This document shows, piece after piece, positions 1-11,283 of a DNA stretch of 64,000 bases. The notes beneath the pieces are model-generated. The model did no database searches. It had not been told where the DNA came from and saw only the letters and a list, made by a program, of their open reading frames with translations. Position 1 is the first letter of the stretch. Every line of letters starts with the position of its first letter. The stretch is from positions 1,792,001 to 1,856,000 of the forward strand of contig OZ220480.1 in assembly GCA_965116025.1 (NCBI GenBank). Direction: 5' to 3'. Source of the stretch: an uncultured candidatus Porisulfidus sp. (lineage in GTDB: Bacteria > Pseudomonadota > Gammaproteobacteria > Poriferisulfidales > Poriferisulfidaceae). Both the position numbers and the translations under genes were made by a program.

Positions 1-1676
1 AAAACGCCATCTGGCCAATCATCAAGGAGGATATCCTGCGCTAGCGTATTAATTCGTTCAGACATATCATTCAGTTGCTTTAGGGAGGCTCTTATTTCTT
101 GGCGTTGCCGCAATGTCTGCTGGCGTGCCTTAAATATCTCTGCATGGCGAGACCGTGTGATGGCTTCTAACTTACGATTTAGGTCAGTGAGTTTTCTTTT
201 CAACTCTGGGCGACCTTCCAACTGCCCATCTAACTCGCGAAGCCGTGCCCGGCTTGAAAAATATTTGCGCTTCTCGTTTTCAAATCTGCGCTGGACATCA
301 AGCACTCCGGCCGCCTCATCGATAATATCTAGCAAAGCTTGCTTGTTATCCCCCACCATGGCTGAAATCTGACCTTGGGAGAGCAAGCGGACCGGAAATC
401 GTTCCGATGCCAGCGTTTGATCATTCGAATCGCGCCATTCACCGTTTTCGTCTTTCTCTTCAACAATTGTGTTTTGACCATTTTGATTGCTCCACCGCAA
501 CCGATGCGCGACACCGTCCCGAAGTATTTCAATACGGATCGCCGTACCTTCTCGTAAAGCACCTTGGGCATGTCGATCAGAAGGAGTTTTCGTAAAATTC
601 TTGAACTGGTGATAAGGATCAGCGTCGCCACCCAATCGTTCCAAATCCCTACCCCGTTGATATGCCAGGCGTGCAGCGTGAATGATAGATGATTTTCCTG
701 TGCCACGTCCGCCGATCAAGGCATTGGAATAAGGTGAAAATTCCAAACGTTCTGGATTCCTATTGCCCATGAAACGAGCCGATTCGATTTCTATACTGGT
801 GATGAAATGCTTCGGGATTTGGAACGGCCGAAAATCCGCATCGTCGCTCCGCCATACCGAGACCCCGTTTCCATCAATAAGCGCCAAACGAACCCCATTA
901 AGTGTAGGGGTGGCGCCCATTTTGATCCATGTATAGCGTGAACCAGGAACACCCTTGTTTGGGTGTCCATGGCAATCGCTACCCAACACCTTCGTTAATT
1001 GATCTACCTTCTTTCTTACACAGTCAGGAGGTGGTGATTGGAGATCTAGCCATTCGACCGCGAACAAGCCATCAATATCTACCGCTTGGAGTACTGTTCG
1101 CGCATCCAAGACACATTCGCGGGTGTTATGTTTAACGCGAAATAGTCCTTTGCTTTGGTCTGCATGGGCAGGAATAGGAATGCCACCGGCATTGAGTATC
1201 CCCTGCAGTACATCAGAGAGACTCGCCTCCGTTACTCCATTGGTGTCCCCAATAGATCCTTTGTATCTAACGGATCCGAGAAGTTGATCTATTTTTTCGG
1301 CATTGGTTTCTGGGTCGAAAATGGCAAGTAAATGAATACCCCCATTAACGGAAATTTCCACTCCCGGGAAAATGGTCAATTTTCGAAAGCCGGCGGGGGG
1401 TGTTCCTTCTTCTACCCGTTGCTGCATCAGCGCATAAGCATTTTTGAGTTTATCGATCCAATCTCCACTGTTATGGTCGGTTACCGCAACGCAGTCAATC
1501 TGGGCTTTCATATACTTTAACAACCATTTTTCTGGAGTCACCTCCTCTTTTCCTTTCGAATTTATCGCTCTTTGCTCACGATAAGCATCACGAGAGGCAG
1601 GCGTGTGGGTGTGGAAATCGAATTTCCACCACCGCGAACCAGGGTATGGCCAAATGTTCTGCTTATCTCTAATCAT
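1..1676 (-). CDS. PHP phosphoesterase fused to ABC/SMC-like ATPase (TrlF/Ppl-like defence protein), 3' end runs off the window
   Basis: Absent from the ORF track. Manual translation from ATG 1676 (MIRDKQNIWPYPGSRWWKFDFHTHTPAS...) stays open to the edge. PHP motifs FHTHT, VTDHN, GVEIS..HLL, PAHAD, GSDCH, then Walker A GGRGTGKS and coiled coil. More AT-rich than the flanks. Confidence 0.88.
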   Translation of the reverse strand, partial: MIRDKQNIWPYPGSRWWKFDFHTHTPASRDAYREQRAINSKGKEEVTPEKWLLKYMKAQIDCVAVTDHNSGDWIDKLKNAYALMQQRVEEGTPPAGFRKLTIFPGVEISVNGGIHLLAIFDPETNAEKIDQLLGSVRYKGSIGDTNGVTEASLSDVLQGILNAGGIPIPAHADQSKGLFRVKHNTRECVLDARTVLQAVDIDGLFAVEWLDLQSPPPDCVRKKVDQLTKVLGSDCHGHPNKGVPGSRYTWIKMGATPTLNGVRLALIDGNGVSVWRSDDADFRPFQIPKHFITSIEIESARFMGNRNPERLEFSPYSNALIGGRGTGKSSIIHAARLAYQRGRDLERLGGDADPYHQFKNFTKTPSDRHAQGALREGTAIRIEILRDGVAHRLRWSNQNGQNTIVEEKDENGEWRDSNDQTLASERFPVRLLSQGQISAMVGDNKQALLDIIDEAAGVLDVQRRFENEKRKYFSSRARLRELDGQLEGRPELKRKLTDLNRKLEAITRSRHAEIFKARQQTLRQRQEIRASLKQLNDMSERINTLAQDILLDDWPDGV

Positions 1677-1793
1677 GCTTGTTGACACGCCATTTGGGAT
1701 GATACCCGTCTTGCGAACACGACAGATTATAAGTCTCAAAGCCCAGTTGGGTTACGATAGTCGCTCAAAGCAACTCACTATGGAGGCTATGCC

Positions 1794-2213
1794 ATGCCAG
1801 TGGAAATCAAGCGCGGGTTCAAGCAAATGCTGTCCGAAGCCATCGACCAGGTGGAAGAGGTTTCGGTAGCGGAAGTCGCGCGAGCCCTGAACGACCCCCA
1901 TGTCGCCATCATCGACGTGCGCGACCAGAACGAACTGGTCCAGACCGGCACCGTGCCCGGCGCGCGCCACGCCTCGCGTGGCATGCTAGAGTTCTACGCT
2001 GACCCATCGTCCCCGAAACACCTTCCGGTCTTCGCCGAGGTCGAGAGCTTGATTTTGTATTGCGCGACCAGCGGACGTTCCGCTTTGGCCGCCAACACGC
2101 TCAAGCAGATGGGGTTCAAGAACGTGATGCATATGGCAGGAGGGTTCAAGGCTTGGGTCGAAGCCGGAAATCCTGTAGCCTCTCTCGCGTCCGAGGCCAA
2201 TGGCAAATCTTGA
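1794..2213 (+). CDS. Rhodanese-like sulfurtransferase
   Basis: IIDVRD, GTVPGA, active-site YCATSGRS, GGFKAW; GGAGG SD upstream. Confidence 0.88.
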   Translation: MPVEIKRGFKQMLSEAIDQVEEVSVAEVARALNDPHVAIIDVRDQNELVQTGTVPGARHASRGMLEFYADPSSPKHLPVFAEVESLILYCATSGRSALAANTLKQMGFKNVMHMAGGFKAWVEAGNPVASLASEANGKS

Positions 2214-2335
2214 AGAACGCGGGACCCTCGCGCCCAACCTCGAAATGGTTTATTCCACCAGCAAAAAGTCTAGCTGAAGGGTGAACGAGCGAGTTCAGCC
2301 CGTATGGCCGTAAGCCAAATACCACCTCGCTCCCT

Positions 2336-3676
2336 TCAAACACCAACTTTTTCTCCGGAATTCCTCTGCGCGTTCTGGCGAATTTTTCGTAGCCATTCCC
2401 CTATCGCCTTCTCATGCCCCCGGTCGACCGGGAAATAGAACGATACTCCCTGCAGAGATTCAGGGAGATAGACCTCGTCGGCAACATAGCCTCCTTCGTG
2501 ATCATGCGCGTATTGATAGTTTTTTCCATAGCCCAAGTCCTTCATTAACCGAGTCGGAGCATTGCGCAAATGCATCGGGACCTCCAAGCTGCCGGATTTT
2601 TTGGCTTGCGCCATGGCCGCCTTATAGGCCATATAGATCGCGTTGCTTTTGGGCGCGCAGGCCAAATACGCGACCGCCGACGCGATCGCCAGCTCTCCTT
2701 CCGGGGAGCCTAATCGCTCGTAAGTTTGCCAAGCGGACAGGCACAGGTTGAGCGCTTGCGGGGCAGCGTTTCCGATATCCTCGCTCGCCATCCGTACCAC
2801 GCGCCGAGCGATATAGCGGGGATCGCATCCCCCGTCCAGCATACGGCACAGCCAATACAAAGCCGCGTCCGGGTCGGAGCCGCGCACCGACTTATGCAGA
2901 GCCGAAATCTGGTCGTAAAAATACTCCCCTCCCTTATCGAATCTCCGGATGCCCTGCCCCACGACTTGTCGCATGACCTTCACGTCAATAATTCGATCTC
3001 CATCTCGCTCTGACGCGAGATCCAGCCCGATCTCCAGCAAATTCAAAAGGACGCGAGCGTCGCCGTCCGCCACCTGGATCATCAGGTCTCGCGCCTCGTT
3101 CTCCAGAACCGCCCTCCGCGCCCCGGCTCCTCGCTCCTCGTCCGTCAGCGCGCGCTCCAGCAACCGCGCCAGATCCTCCACTTCCAAGGTCTTCATGAAG
3201 TAGACGCGCACGCGAGACAGCAACGCGTTATTGAGTTCGAAAGAGGGGTTCTCCGTCGTGGCACCGAACAGGCAAATGGTTCCATCCTCGACATGCGGCA
3301 GGAAAACGTCCTGCTGCGCTTTGTTCAAGCGATGGACCTCATCAATGAATAGCGCGGTGGCCTTTTGGTCATGCTCTTGAGCCTGCCGCGCCGCCGCGAT
3401 CTCCTCGCGGATTTCCTTGACCCCAGCCAGCACTGCCGAAAGGCTGATGAATCGGGCCTGGGCGTACTTGCTGATCAGTCTCGCCAGCGTCGTCTTGCCA
3501 GTGCCGGGAGGACCCCAGAACACCATGGAATGAAGTTTCCCGGCCTCTATCGCTTGCCGCAAAGGCAATCCCTCCGCGAGCAGGTGCCGTTGACCCACAA
3601 ACTCTTCCAGGCCACGCGGGCGCATTCGATCCGACAGAGGCCGGAACTCCTCGCGCGAATCGAACAGCTCAGTCAT
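2336..3676 (-). CDS. rarA: Replication-associated recombination protein A (AAA+)
   Basis: GPPGTGKT, FIDEVHRLNKAQQD, GATTENPSF, ISALHKSVRGSD; follows lolA. Confidence 0.96.
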   Translation of the reverse strand: MTELFDSREEFRPLSDRMRPRGLEEFVGQRHLLAEGLPLRQAIEAGKLHSMVFWGPPGTGKTTLARLISKYAQARFISLSAVLAGVKEIREEIAAARQAQEHDQKATALFIDEVHRLNKAQQDVFLPHVEDGTICLFGATTENPSFELNNALLSRVRVYFMKTLEVEDLARLLERALTDEERGAGARRAVLENEARDLMIQVADGDARVLLNLLEIGLDLASERDGDRIIDVKVMRQVVGQGIRRFDKGGEYFYDQISALHKSVRGSDPDAALYWLCRMLDGGCDPRYIARRVVRMASEDIGNAAPQALNLCLSAWQTYERLGSPEGELAIASAVAYLACAPKSNAIYMAYKAAMAQAKKSGSLEVPMHLRNAPTRLMKDLGYGKNYQYAHDHEGGYVADEVYLPESLQGVSFYFPVDRGHEKAIGEWLRKIRQNAQRNSGEKVGV

Positions 3677-4308
3677 CGGGCCGGCGAGCCAAGAATATCC
3701 GTTCCCGCGGGAGGGCGATAGGAAAAGTTCTCCGGTCGCAATGGTGGATTCACTCGCACCTGCTCAAACCGCACGCGCACCTGCTGTCCGAACTGATCCA
3801 CGAACCGTAAACGCTCCAGCGTCCCCGCGCGCAGTCCGATCAGAATCTCGACCGGGCGCTCGGCATCGGCTCGAGAGCTCAGCGTGGTCCAGTCGATCCC
3901 ATCTTGCCGCCAAGCCTGCTTGACGGTGAATACGTCTTCCAGAATCCGTGAGCCCAGCAAGGCCGAGAGAGGAGTGTCGCTCATGGCCTCCTCTATTGGC
4001 GAGACCGTCGCCTGCTCAAGCACAGGATCGTACAACCAAAAGTCGATGCCATCCGAAACCAGGATCAAAGGCTCGGGCTCTCGATAGTTCCAGCGCATGA
4101 AATTCGGTCGCAACAAACTCATGTCTCCGTGACCAGAACTCAGCAAAACACCATCTGGCGACCAAACCGATTGCTGGAAAAACGCGGTCAGGGACTGAGT
4201 CCGCTCGAAAAACTTCCCGAGCTCGTCCTCTGGAGACGCTTGCGCGATATGCGTCACCGCCACCCCCCCGAGAAAGCATGCCAGCGTCAGGACCCACGTC
4301 GGGCGCAT
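3673..4308 (-). CDS. lolA: Outer membrane lipoprotein chaperone LolA
   Basis: Signal peptide, RP..RW.Y..P, VSDG..W.YDP.LEQ; ftsK-lolA-rarA synteny. Confidence 0.93.
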   Translation of the reverse strand: MRPTWVLTLACFLGGVAVTHIAQASPEDELGKFFERTQSLTAFFQQSVWSPDGVLLSSGHGDMSLLRPNFMRWNYREPEPLILVSDGIDFWLYDPVLEQATVSPIEEAMSDTPLSALLGSRILEDVFTVKQAWRQDGIDWTTLSSRADAERPVEILIGLRAGTLERLRFVDQFGQQVRVRFEQVRVNPPLRPENFSYRPPAGTDILGSPAR

Positions 4309-4310
4309 GT

Positions 4311-6611
4311 TCAGGATTCGCCAGGAGGTGGCAGAAGAATCTCGCGGCTTCCTCCCGACTGCACCGCGCCCACGATCCGCGCTTCCTCCATTTCCTCAAT
4401 CAAGCGCGCGGCGCGGTTATAACCAACCTTGAGGCGCCGCTGCAAGTAGGAAATGGAGGCCTTTCGGTCCCGTAGCACGATGTCCACCGCCTCTTGGTAC
4501 AAAGGGTCTTCCGCGCCCCCTTCCCCCTCCTCGGTCAAGCCAGGAATCGCCGACATCGCACCCTTTTCGGTGACCTCCTCCAGATAGTTTGGCCCCCCTC
4601 CATGCTCGCGCAGATACTTGGCCACTTTAAGCACCTCGTCATCCGAAATAAACGCGCCATGCACCCTCATCGGCAAGACCTCTCCCGCGTCCGAGAAAAG
4701 CATGTCCCCATGTCCCAGCAACTGCTCCGCTCCCCCCTGATCCAGAATCGTGCGCGAATCGACTTGCGAGGCGACCCGAAACGAGATGCGGGCGGGAATG
4801 TTCGACTTGATCAGACCAGTGATCGCCTCTCGAGTTGGGCGTTGCGTGGCGAGGATCAGGTGGATGCCGGCGGCGCGGGCTTTTTGGGCGAGGCGGATGA
4901 TGTAGTCCTCGACCTTTTTGCCCGCGACCATCATCAAATCCGCGAACTCGTCGATCATGACCACGATGTAGTGCAGATGATCCAGAAGCGGCGCCTCGTC
5001 CTCCTCGCCAACACTTTCATGAGTGGGATCTGGAATCGGCTCGCCTTTCTCTTTCGCCTCCTTGATCTTCCGGTTGTAGCCATTCAAGTTTCGCACGCCC
5101 AGTCTAGACATGACCTTATAGCGTTTCTCCATCTCGCTCACACACCACAGCAAGGCATGCTCCGCCTTCTCCATGTCGGTCACCACCGGGGTCAGAAGGT
5201 GCGGGATCCCCTCGTACACCGCGAGCTCCAGCATCTTCGGGTCGATCAGAATCAACCTCAGATCTCGCGGCAGAGCCTTATACAGCAGACTCATGATCAT
5301 CGCGTTAATCGCCACGGATTTTCCAGAGCCGGTCGTGCCGGCGACCAGCAAATGAGGCATTTTCGCCAAATCGCAGACGATCGGCTCACCGTTGATGCTT
5401 TTTCCGAGCGCTAGGGTCAACAGGGATCCAGATTGATTGAACGCTTTCGACCGCAGGATCTCGCCAGCCACGATCATCTCGCGATCCTCATTGGGCACTT
5501 CCAGCCCGATAACCGATTTTCCCTCGACCACTTCTTCCACGCGAACGCTGACCACCGACATGGAACGCGCCAAGTCTTTCGCGAAACTGCTGATCTTGCT
5601 ACCTCGCACTCCTGGGGCCGGCTCCAAGTCGAAACGAGTCACGATCGGCCCGGGCGTGACGGCCACGACCGTGACGCCCACGTTGAACTCCTCCATTTTG
5701 ATCTCGATTTGTCTAGACATGTTGTTGAGAGCTTCCTCGGAATATCCCGGATTGCCCTCCCCTGGCTGGTCCAGCAAATCAAGCGGTGGAAGCTCCTTCG
5801 ATCCTTGGGGCTGCAACAGGGTCATTTGGCGTTCCCGGGCCGCTCTTTGGGCATCGGTCTCGATATGGATTTTTGGCTCAACTCGGGTGGGCTTCTTAGT
5901 GGCGCGCCGCGCTTTGGCCTGTTTACGCTTTCGCTCCCGTTGCTGGCGGTCCGCGCGGCCGGAGAGAAACTCGCGCGCCCACTGGATCCCCGCGATGGCA
6001 GAAGAACCAGCCTCCCAGGCCATTTTTCCCAACGCGTCGATCATCCTCATCCATGAAAAACCGGTCCACATGGTGATCCCGACACCGAGCGAGGCCAGCA
6101 GCAAGACGGTCGCGCCAACCTCGCTGAACGCGAAGACGAATCCGCTAGCGACGCCCTGCCCGATCAGTCCACCGCTTCCAGACGGCAACGCCGGAGCTAG
6201 TAAGTAGAGTCCGATCAGGGAGCAAGTCGCCGTCAAAGTCGCGAAAAACCCGCCCCAGCGCACCGCGGTCAAGACCCAAGCCGATCTCTCGGCCTCACGG
6301 GATACAGGACCCTGGCTGTACAGCAACCAACCGTGATAGCCCAGCATGAACGGGACCAAATACGCGATGTAGCCTAGCAAGAACAAGAGCATGTTCGCGA
6401 GGACCGCCCCGACCTGCCCCGCCGCGTTCCGGACCTCGCCATCCCCGGTGTCCAGCCAGCTCGGGTCATCTGGATGGTAAGTGATCAGGGCGACCAGCAA
6501 GTAGGCGGCCAGAGCCGTGAAGATGAGCAGCGCGCCCTCACGGAACGCCGGAGACACGCGTATTGGCCGTGAATCCTGCTTTTTCGCGCGCTTGGGAGGC
6601 TGCTTTTTCAA
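4311..6611 (-). CDS. ftsK: DNA translocase FtsK
   Basis: N-terminal TM domain, PHLLVAGTTGSGKS, IDEFADLM, gamma domain QRRLKVGYNRAARLIEEME. Confidence 0.97.
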   Translation of the reverse strand: MKKQPPKRAKKQDSRPIRVSPAFREGALLIFTALAAYLLVALITYHPDDPSWLDTGDGEVRNAAGQVGAVLANMLLFLLGYIAYLVPFMLGYHGWLLYSQGPVSREAERSAWVLTAVRWGGFFATLTATCSLIGLYLLAPALPSGSGGLIGQGVASGFVFAFSEVGATVLLLASLGVGITMWTGFSWMRMIDALGKMAWEAGSSAIAGIQWAREFLSGRADRQQRERKRKQAKARRATKKPTRVEPKIHIETDAQRAARERQMTLLQPQGSKELPPLDLLDQPGEGNPGYSEEALNNMSRQIEIKMEEFNVGVTVVAVTPGPIVTRFDLEPAPGVRGSKISSFAKDLARSMSVVSVRVEEVVEGKSVIGLEVPNEDREMIVAGEILRSKAFNQSGSLLTLALGKSINGEPIVCDLAKMPHLLVAGTTGSGKSVAINAMIMSLLYKALPRDLRLILIDPKMLELAVYEGIPHLLTPVVTDMEKAEHALLWCVSEMEKRYKVMSRLGVRNLNGYNRKIKEAKEKGEPIPDPTHESVGEEDEAPLLDHLHYIVVMIDEFADLMMVAGKKVEDYIIRLAQKARAAGIHLILATQRPTREAITGLIKSNIPARISFRVASQVDSRTILDQGGAEQLLGHGDMLFSDAGEVLPMRVHGAFISDDEVLKVAKYLREHGGGPNYLEEVTEKGAMSAIPGLTEEGEGGAEDPLYQEAVDIVLRDRKASISYLQRRLKVGYNRAARLIEEMEEARIVGAVQSGGSREILLPPPGES

Positions 6612-6667
6612 GATGGAATCGGAAAGTCGCGCCCAAATTATAGGATAGGCGCTTCGGGATTCGGTAA

Positions 6668-7636
<969 letters not shown>

Positions 7637-7637
7637 A

Positions 7638-8666
7638 TCACTCGGGCTCCTCGCCCTTCTCGAGGATATCGGACCAGCGCAACGCCATGCTGTTGTAGGC
7701 GAAGGACGGGATCCGGAACGCCCATCTCTCGAAATGGCGGGCGAGAAGCTCCGCCCGGGCGTGGTCCTCGTCATTCACACCCTCCTCTATTTCTATCTTG
7801 AAACGCGCGTATCGCTCCACGCCCACGGAGAACAAGCGCGCCTCCAGGCTATAGCCTTGATCCAGCGCGTACCGAGCCTGGACCGCGTCTCCCAAATAGG
7901 TCTCGGCCTGATCCGCCGGCATGACATCTTCCAAAGACAGGCTAGTGATGGCGCTGGCCATCCGATTGAGCGCGTATTCGCTCTTCAGAGTCGCTCCTTC
8001 CGGAATGTTAAGCGCGGTGAATCTCACGTCCGCCGCTTCTTCCGCACGTCGTCCCTCGATCCTCTCACCGTCTGGATGCGTGACTTCCATGAACGTCACA
8101 TGCTCCATCCCTATGTCCAGCAACTCCGGCTCAAGCCAACGACGCGGCTCTCCCGGAATCGCGAACGCCCGATCCACGAGCCAAGCCTGATCGTCATCGG
8201 CGACCCGCACGTAGGTAGCGTTGCGTCTCTCTGGACTCGCGCCAATCCGAACTGACCGGCTTTCCGTTTCGGAGCCCAGCGTGATTCGCTGGCCCCGCGC
8301 GTCCACCCGATCAATGCCGCCCAATCCCAGCTGCGCATGCTGCGCCGGATCTCCGGTCTTGCGCTCCAAAATCTTCGCTTCCGAGAGATCCAGCAATAAT
8401 CCTCGGATAACGCCAACGTTCGCGGGGTAGAGACTCCGTTGCTTCACGCCCCATCCTTCTGGACGGCGTTCCAAGGTCACTTGCGGCAAATCGCCGGGAC
8501 CGACGACCTCGATCCTGGTGACCGAGTTGATATCGAGATCTTCAAGCCAATGGGCTCCCAAGTATTCCTGATCGCCAGCCTGATGCCGAATGCCGTGCAT
8601 CACGATGGTCAGCGATAGCACGACCCCGGTCGCGGCCGCCAAGAAAAACAACTCGCGGCGAGTCAC
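7638..8666 (-). CDS. DUF4340-like periplasmic protein associated with Gld-type ABC transporters
   Basis: GTG start overlapping the upstream stop (GTGA); N-terminal TM; W..YPAN and IG..TYVR..AWLV..W patterns; last gene of the GldAFG-like operon. Confidence 0.72.
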   Translation of the reverse strand: MTRRELFFLAAATGVVLSLTIVMHGIRHQAGDQEYLGAHWLEDLDINSVTRIEVVGPGDLPQVTLERRPEGWGVKQRSLYPANVGVIRGLLLDLSEAKILERKTGDPAQHAQLGLGGIDRVDARGQRITLGSETESRSVRIGASPERRNATYVRVADDDQAWLVDRAFAIPGEPRRWLEPELLDIGMEHVTFMEVTHPDGERIEGRRAEEAADVRFTALNIPEGATLKSEYALNRMASAITSLSLEDVMPADQAETYLGDAVQARYALDQGYSLEARLFSVGVERYARFKIEIEEGVNDEDHARAELLARHFERWAFRIPSFAYNSMALRWSDILEKGEEPE

Positions 8667-10546
8667 GCGGACACCCTCCTGACCCGTCGGCGACGCTGGA
8701 AAAGCCACAGGCCAATGGCTCCCATAGTGATCAAAGCCGGCACCAGCCAGATATTGATCAAGCGCAGGACGAAGCCCAAGCGCTCGATATCCCGGTCCAG
8801 CTCATGACGAACCGAGCGCAAATCGCGCCGCACCCGCGAACGCTCCTGCTGAAACGCCTCAATCTCCGCGCGCTGCTGCTCCGTCATCAGGTTTTGCTCT
8901 CCCTCATTCCGTAGCTGTTGGATCCGATTGATGCTCTCCTCCGTTTCTCGCAATCGCCGCTGGAGCTCCTCCTCCTTCGCGTGAAAACGCTGCTCCGCCT
9001 GTCGGCGGAGCCGCTCGACCACGTGGAACGGGCGCGAGAATCCCGAGCGGCCACGCAAGCCGATCAGGTCGCCGCTACCCGCTAGGCTTTCCAGCGCGTT
9101 GGTCACGAAATCGCCATTGCTGGCCCAAGCCCGCGAGATTCTCTGTCCAAAGAAGTTCTGCGCGCGCGTCCATAAGGTATCTGACAGCATGTCCGCGTCG
9201 GCGACCACGATGGCGTCGACCGTCTCTCGCGCTTCGGCCAAATGACCGTCCGCCGGAGCCTGAGCGCCTTCCGGCGGACCGGACGGATACATGCTTCGCG
9301 GCCGCAACCGGACCCAAGCGGCCAAAGTCAAGGGAGCGTTTCCGGGCTCGAACCATTCCAGCAAAGCCGTCGGATCCGGGAGATATCGATAACGCGGCTT
9401 TGGAATCTCACCGGAATCCGGTGAGGTGCGCAGCAACGGCTCGAACTCGCCCGCGAACGCTTCCGTCTTCCGGATCTGGCCCGGGAACCCGAACGTGACT
9501 CGGGACAGTTGGGCGGAGATCATGTTGTCCCTGTTGATCCGCTTCTCGTCCAGCCCAATAATCGAGACATGGCGGACCGGACGCTGGGAGCCCTGGTTCT
9601 GCACCGGTAAGGCCAAGGCGCGGTCGGCCACGATCGCGTCCATGTCGATCTTGAGGCCCCAGACATCCAGCAGTCTCTTGATCTCGGACGCTTGAATGCC
9701 CCCGGCGTCGGGTGGGTTGCTGGCGTCCTGGAACATGGGGTCCTTGTCCGCGTACGGATCGGCGAACAGCATCAGCCGCCCGCCGCGCATCAGAAACTGA
9801 TCCACCGCGTACAACATCTCCTCGGACAGTCCCTTCGGATGAATCAGCATCATGATACGAATATCCGGGTCGATCTCCCCGGATTCGACATCAATCTGGC
9901 GAACCTCGAACAGTTGCTCGATCTGGTCGAGAATCGCCCACTGCGGGGTCGCCCGCTGGCTCGCGAGGTCGAAGCCCCCGAACACCTGCAAGTTCGTCAG
10001 GATCCCCACCACGGGCTTCGCTGGATTCGTCAGGGAATAGACCAACTGGCTGATGTCGTACTCAAGGAACGCTTCCCGATCCGGCTGAAAGAACTCGATG
10101 ATCTCGACATCGTCCACCACGTTCGTGCCCACCAAGCCAAAATACAACTGGTCTCCACCCGGAACCGGGATGGACCGCAGATTGAACTCCGTCGCCCGGT
10201 CCTCCTCCTCCGAGTACGGCGTCGGGTCGATCACCCGCAGGTTGATCCGCCCACCCGCGTAATGCGCGTACTCTTCCAGCAACTCCCGGACTCTCCGAGC
10301 GTAGTTGCGCAACTGAGCGTTGTCCGAGCTTGCCCGGTCCGAGAAGAACAAATACAGGTTGATCGGTTGCTGAACGCCATCAAGCACCTTTAAGGTTCCC
10401 TCGCTCATGGTGTACAGCTTCTGCTCGGTCAAATCCAACCGCATGTTGTCCAGCGTCAGGTTGCTGAGCATGACGCCGGACACGAACAATACCGCCAGCA
10501 GACCCAAGCCCGCCGCCGTGTAGGTCCGGTCGTTCGACGCGCTCAT
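8663..10546 (-). CDS. GldG-like ABC transporter auxiliary/periplasmic component
   Basis: Start MSASND (ATGA overlap); RLDLTEQKLYTMSEGT, LEYDISQL, DQFLMRGG, VADADML; C-terminal coiled coil plus TM. Confidence 0.85.
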   Translation of the reverse strand: MSASNDRTYTAAGLGLLAVLFVSGVMLSNLTLDNMRLDLTEQKLYTMSEGTLKVLDGVQQPINLYLFFSDRASSDNAQLRNYARRVRELLEEYAHYAGGRINLRVIDPTPYSEEEDRATEFNLRSIPVPGGDQLYFGLVGTNVVDDVEIIEFFQPDREAFLEYDISQLVYSLTNPAKPVVGILTNLQVFGGFDLASQRATPQWAILDQIEQLFEVRQIDVESGEIDPDIRIMMLIHPKGLSEEMLYAVDQFLMRGGRLMLFADPYADKDPMFQDASNPPDAGGIQASEIKRLLDVWGLKIDMDAIVADRALALPVQNQGSQRPVRHVSIIGLDEKRINRDNMISAQLSRVTFGFPGQIRKTEAFAGEFEPLLRTSPDSGEIPKPRYRYLPDPTALLEWFEPGNAPLTLAAWVRLRPRSMYPSGPPEGAQAPADGHLAEARETVDAIVVADADMLSDTLWTRAQNFFGQRISRAWASNGDFVTNALESLAGSGDLIGLRGRSGFSRPFHVVERLRRQAEQRFHAKEEELQRRLRETEESINRIQQLRNEGEQNLMTEQQRAEIEAFQQERSRVRRDLRSVRHELDRDIERLGFVLRLINIWLVPALITMGAIGLWLFQRRRRVRRVSA

Positions 10547-11283
10547 GCCGCCTTGCGCGCCCGAACTATGACCACGTTCGCGTACAGCCATACCGAGATC
10601 AAGATCACGAAATACGACAGATCCCGCAAATCGATAACGCCCCTGTTGATCGAGGAGAAGTGCGTGAGAAAACTGAGCGACGCGATGGCGTCGACGACTG
10701 GTTGCGGCAGCCACAACTGAAAGAAATCCAGCACGAGAGGAAAGCCACTCAACAGAAACAGGAAACAGGTCACCAGGCTAAGGATGAACGCCACGACCTG
10801 GTTGCGGGTGGTCGCGGAGATGCAGGCGCCGATCGCCAGAAAGCCGCCCGCCATCAGGAAGCTCCCCAGATAGGCGCCGAGAATAATCCCGTTGTCTGGA
10901 TCTCCTAAATAGTTGACCGTCAGCCAGATCGGGAACGTCAGCGACAGAGCGATGCCAGTGAAAGCCCAAGCGGCCAGGAATTTTCCAAGCACGGCCTCCA
11001 GCACGGTCACCGGCAACGTCATCAGCAACTCGATACTGCCGCTCTTGCGCTCCTCCGCCCATAGGCGCATGGATATGGCCGGCACCAGAAACAGATACAG
11101 CCACGGATGGAACATGAAAAACGCGCTCAGGTCCGCCTGCTCGCGCTCGTAGAAATTCCCCAGATAGAAGCTCAGCGCTCCAGACAGCAAAAGGAAGATC
11201 ATGATGAAGACGTAGGCGACCGGGGTCTGAAAATACCCGACCAGCTCTCGTCGCAAGATCGCCCGTAAATTACTCATGGACAT
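10543..11283 (-). CDS. ABC-2 permease (GldF-like)
   Basis: RELVGYF.TP.AYVF, MRLWAEERKSGSIELLMTLP, GKFLA; multiple TM segments. Confidence 0.9.
   Translation of the reverse strand: MSMSNLRAILRRELVGYFQTPVAYVFIMIFLLLSGALSFYLGNFYEREQADLSAFFMFHPWLYLFLVPAISMRLWAEERKSGSIELLMTLPVTVLEAVLGKFLAAWAFTGIALSLTFPIWLTVNYLGDPDNGIILGAYLGSFLMAGGFLAIGACISATTRNQVVAFILSLVTCFLFLLSGFPLVLDFFQLWLPQPVVDAIASLSFLTHFSSINRGVIDLRDLSYFVILISVWLYANVVIVRARKAA

Noticed and set aside
157-1869. Short ORFs listed by the track in the first 1.9 kb
   Set aside because: They overlap the long minus-strand PHP-ATPase frame, which carries clear motifs.
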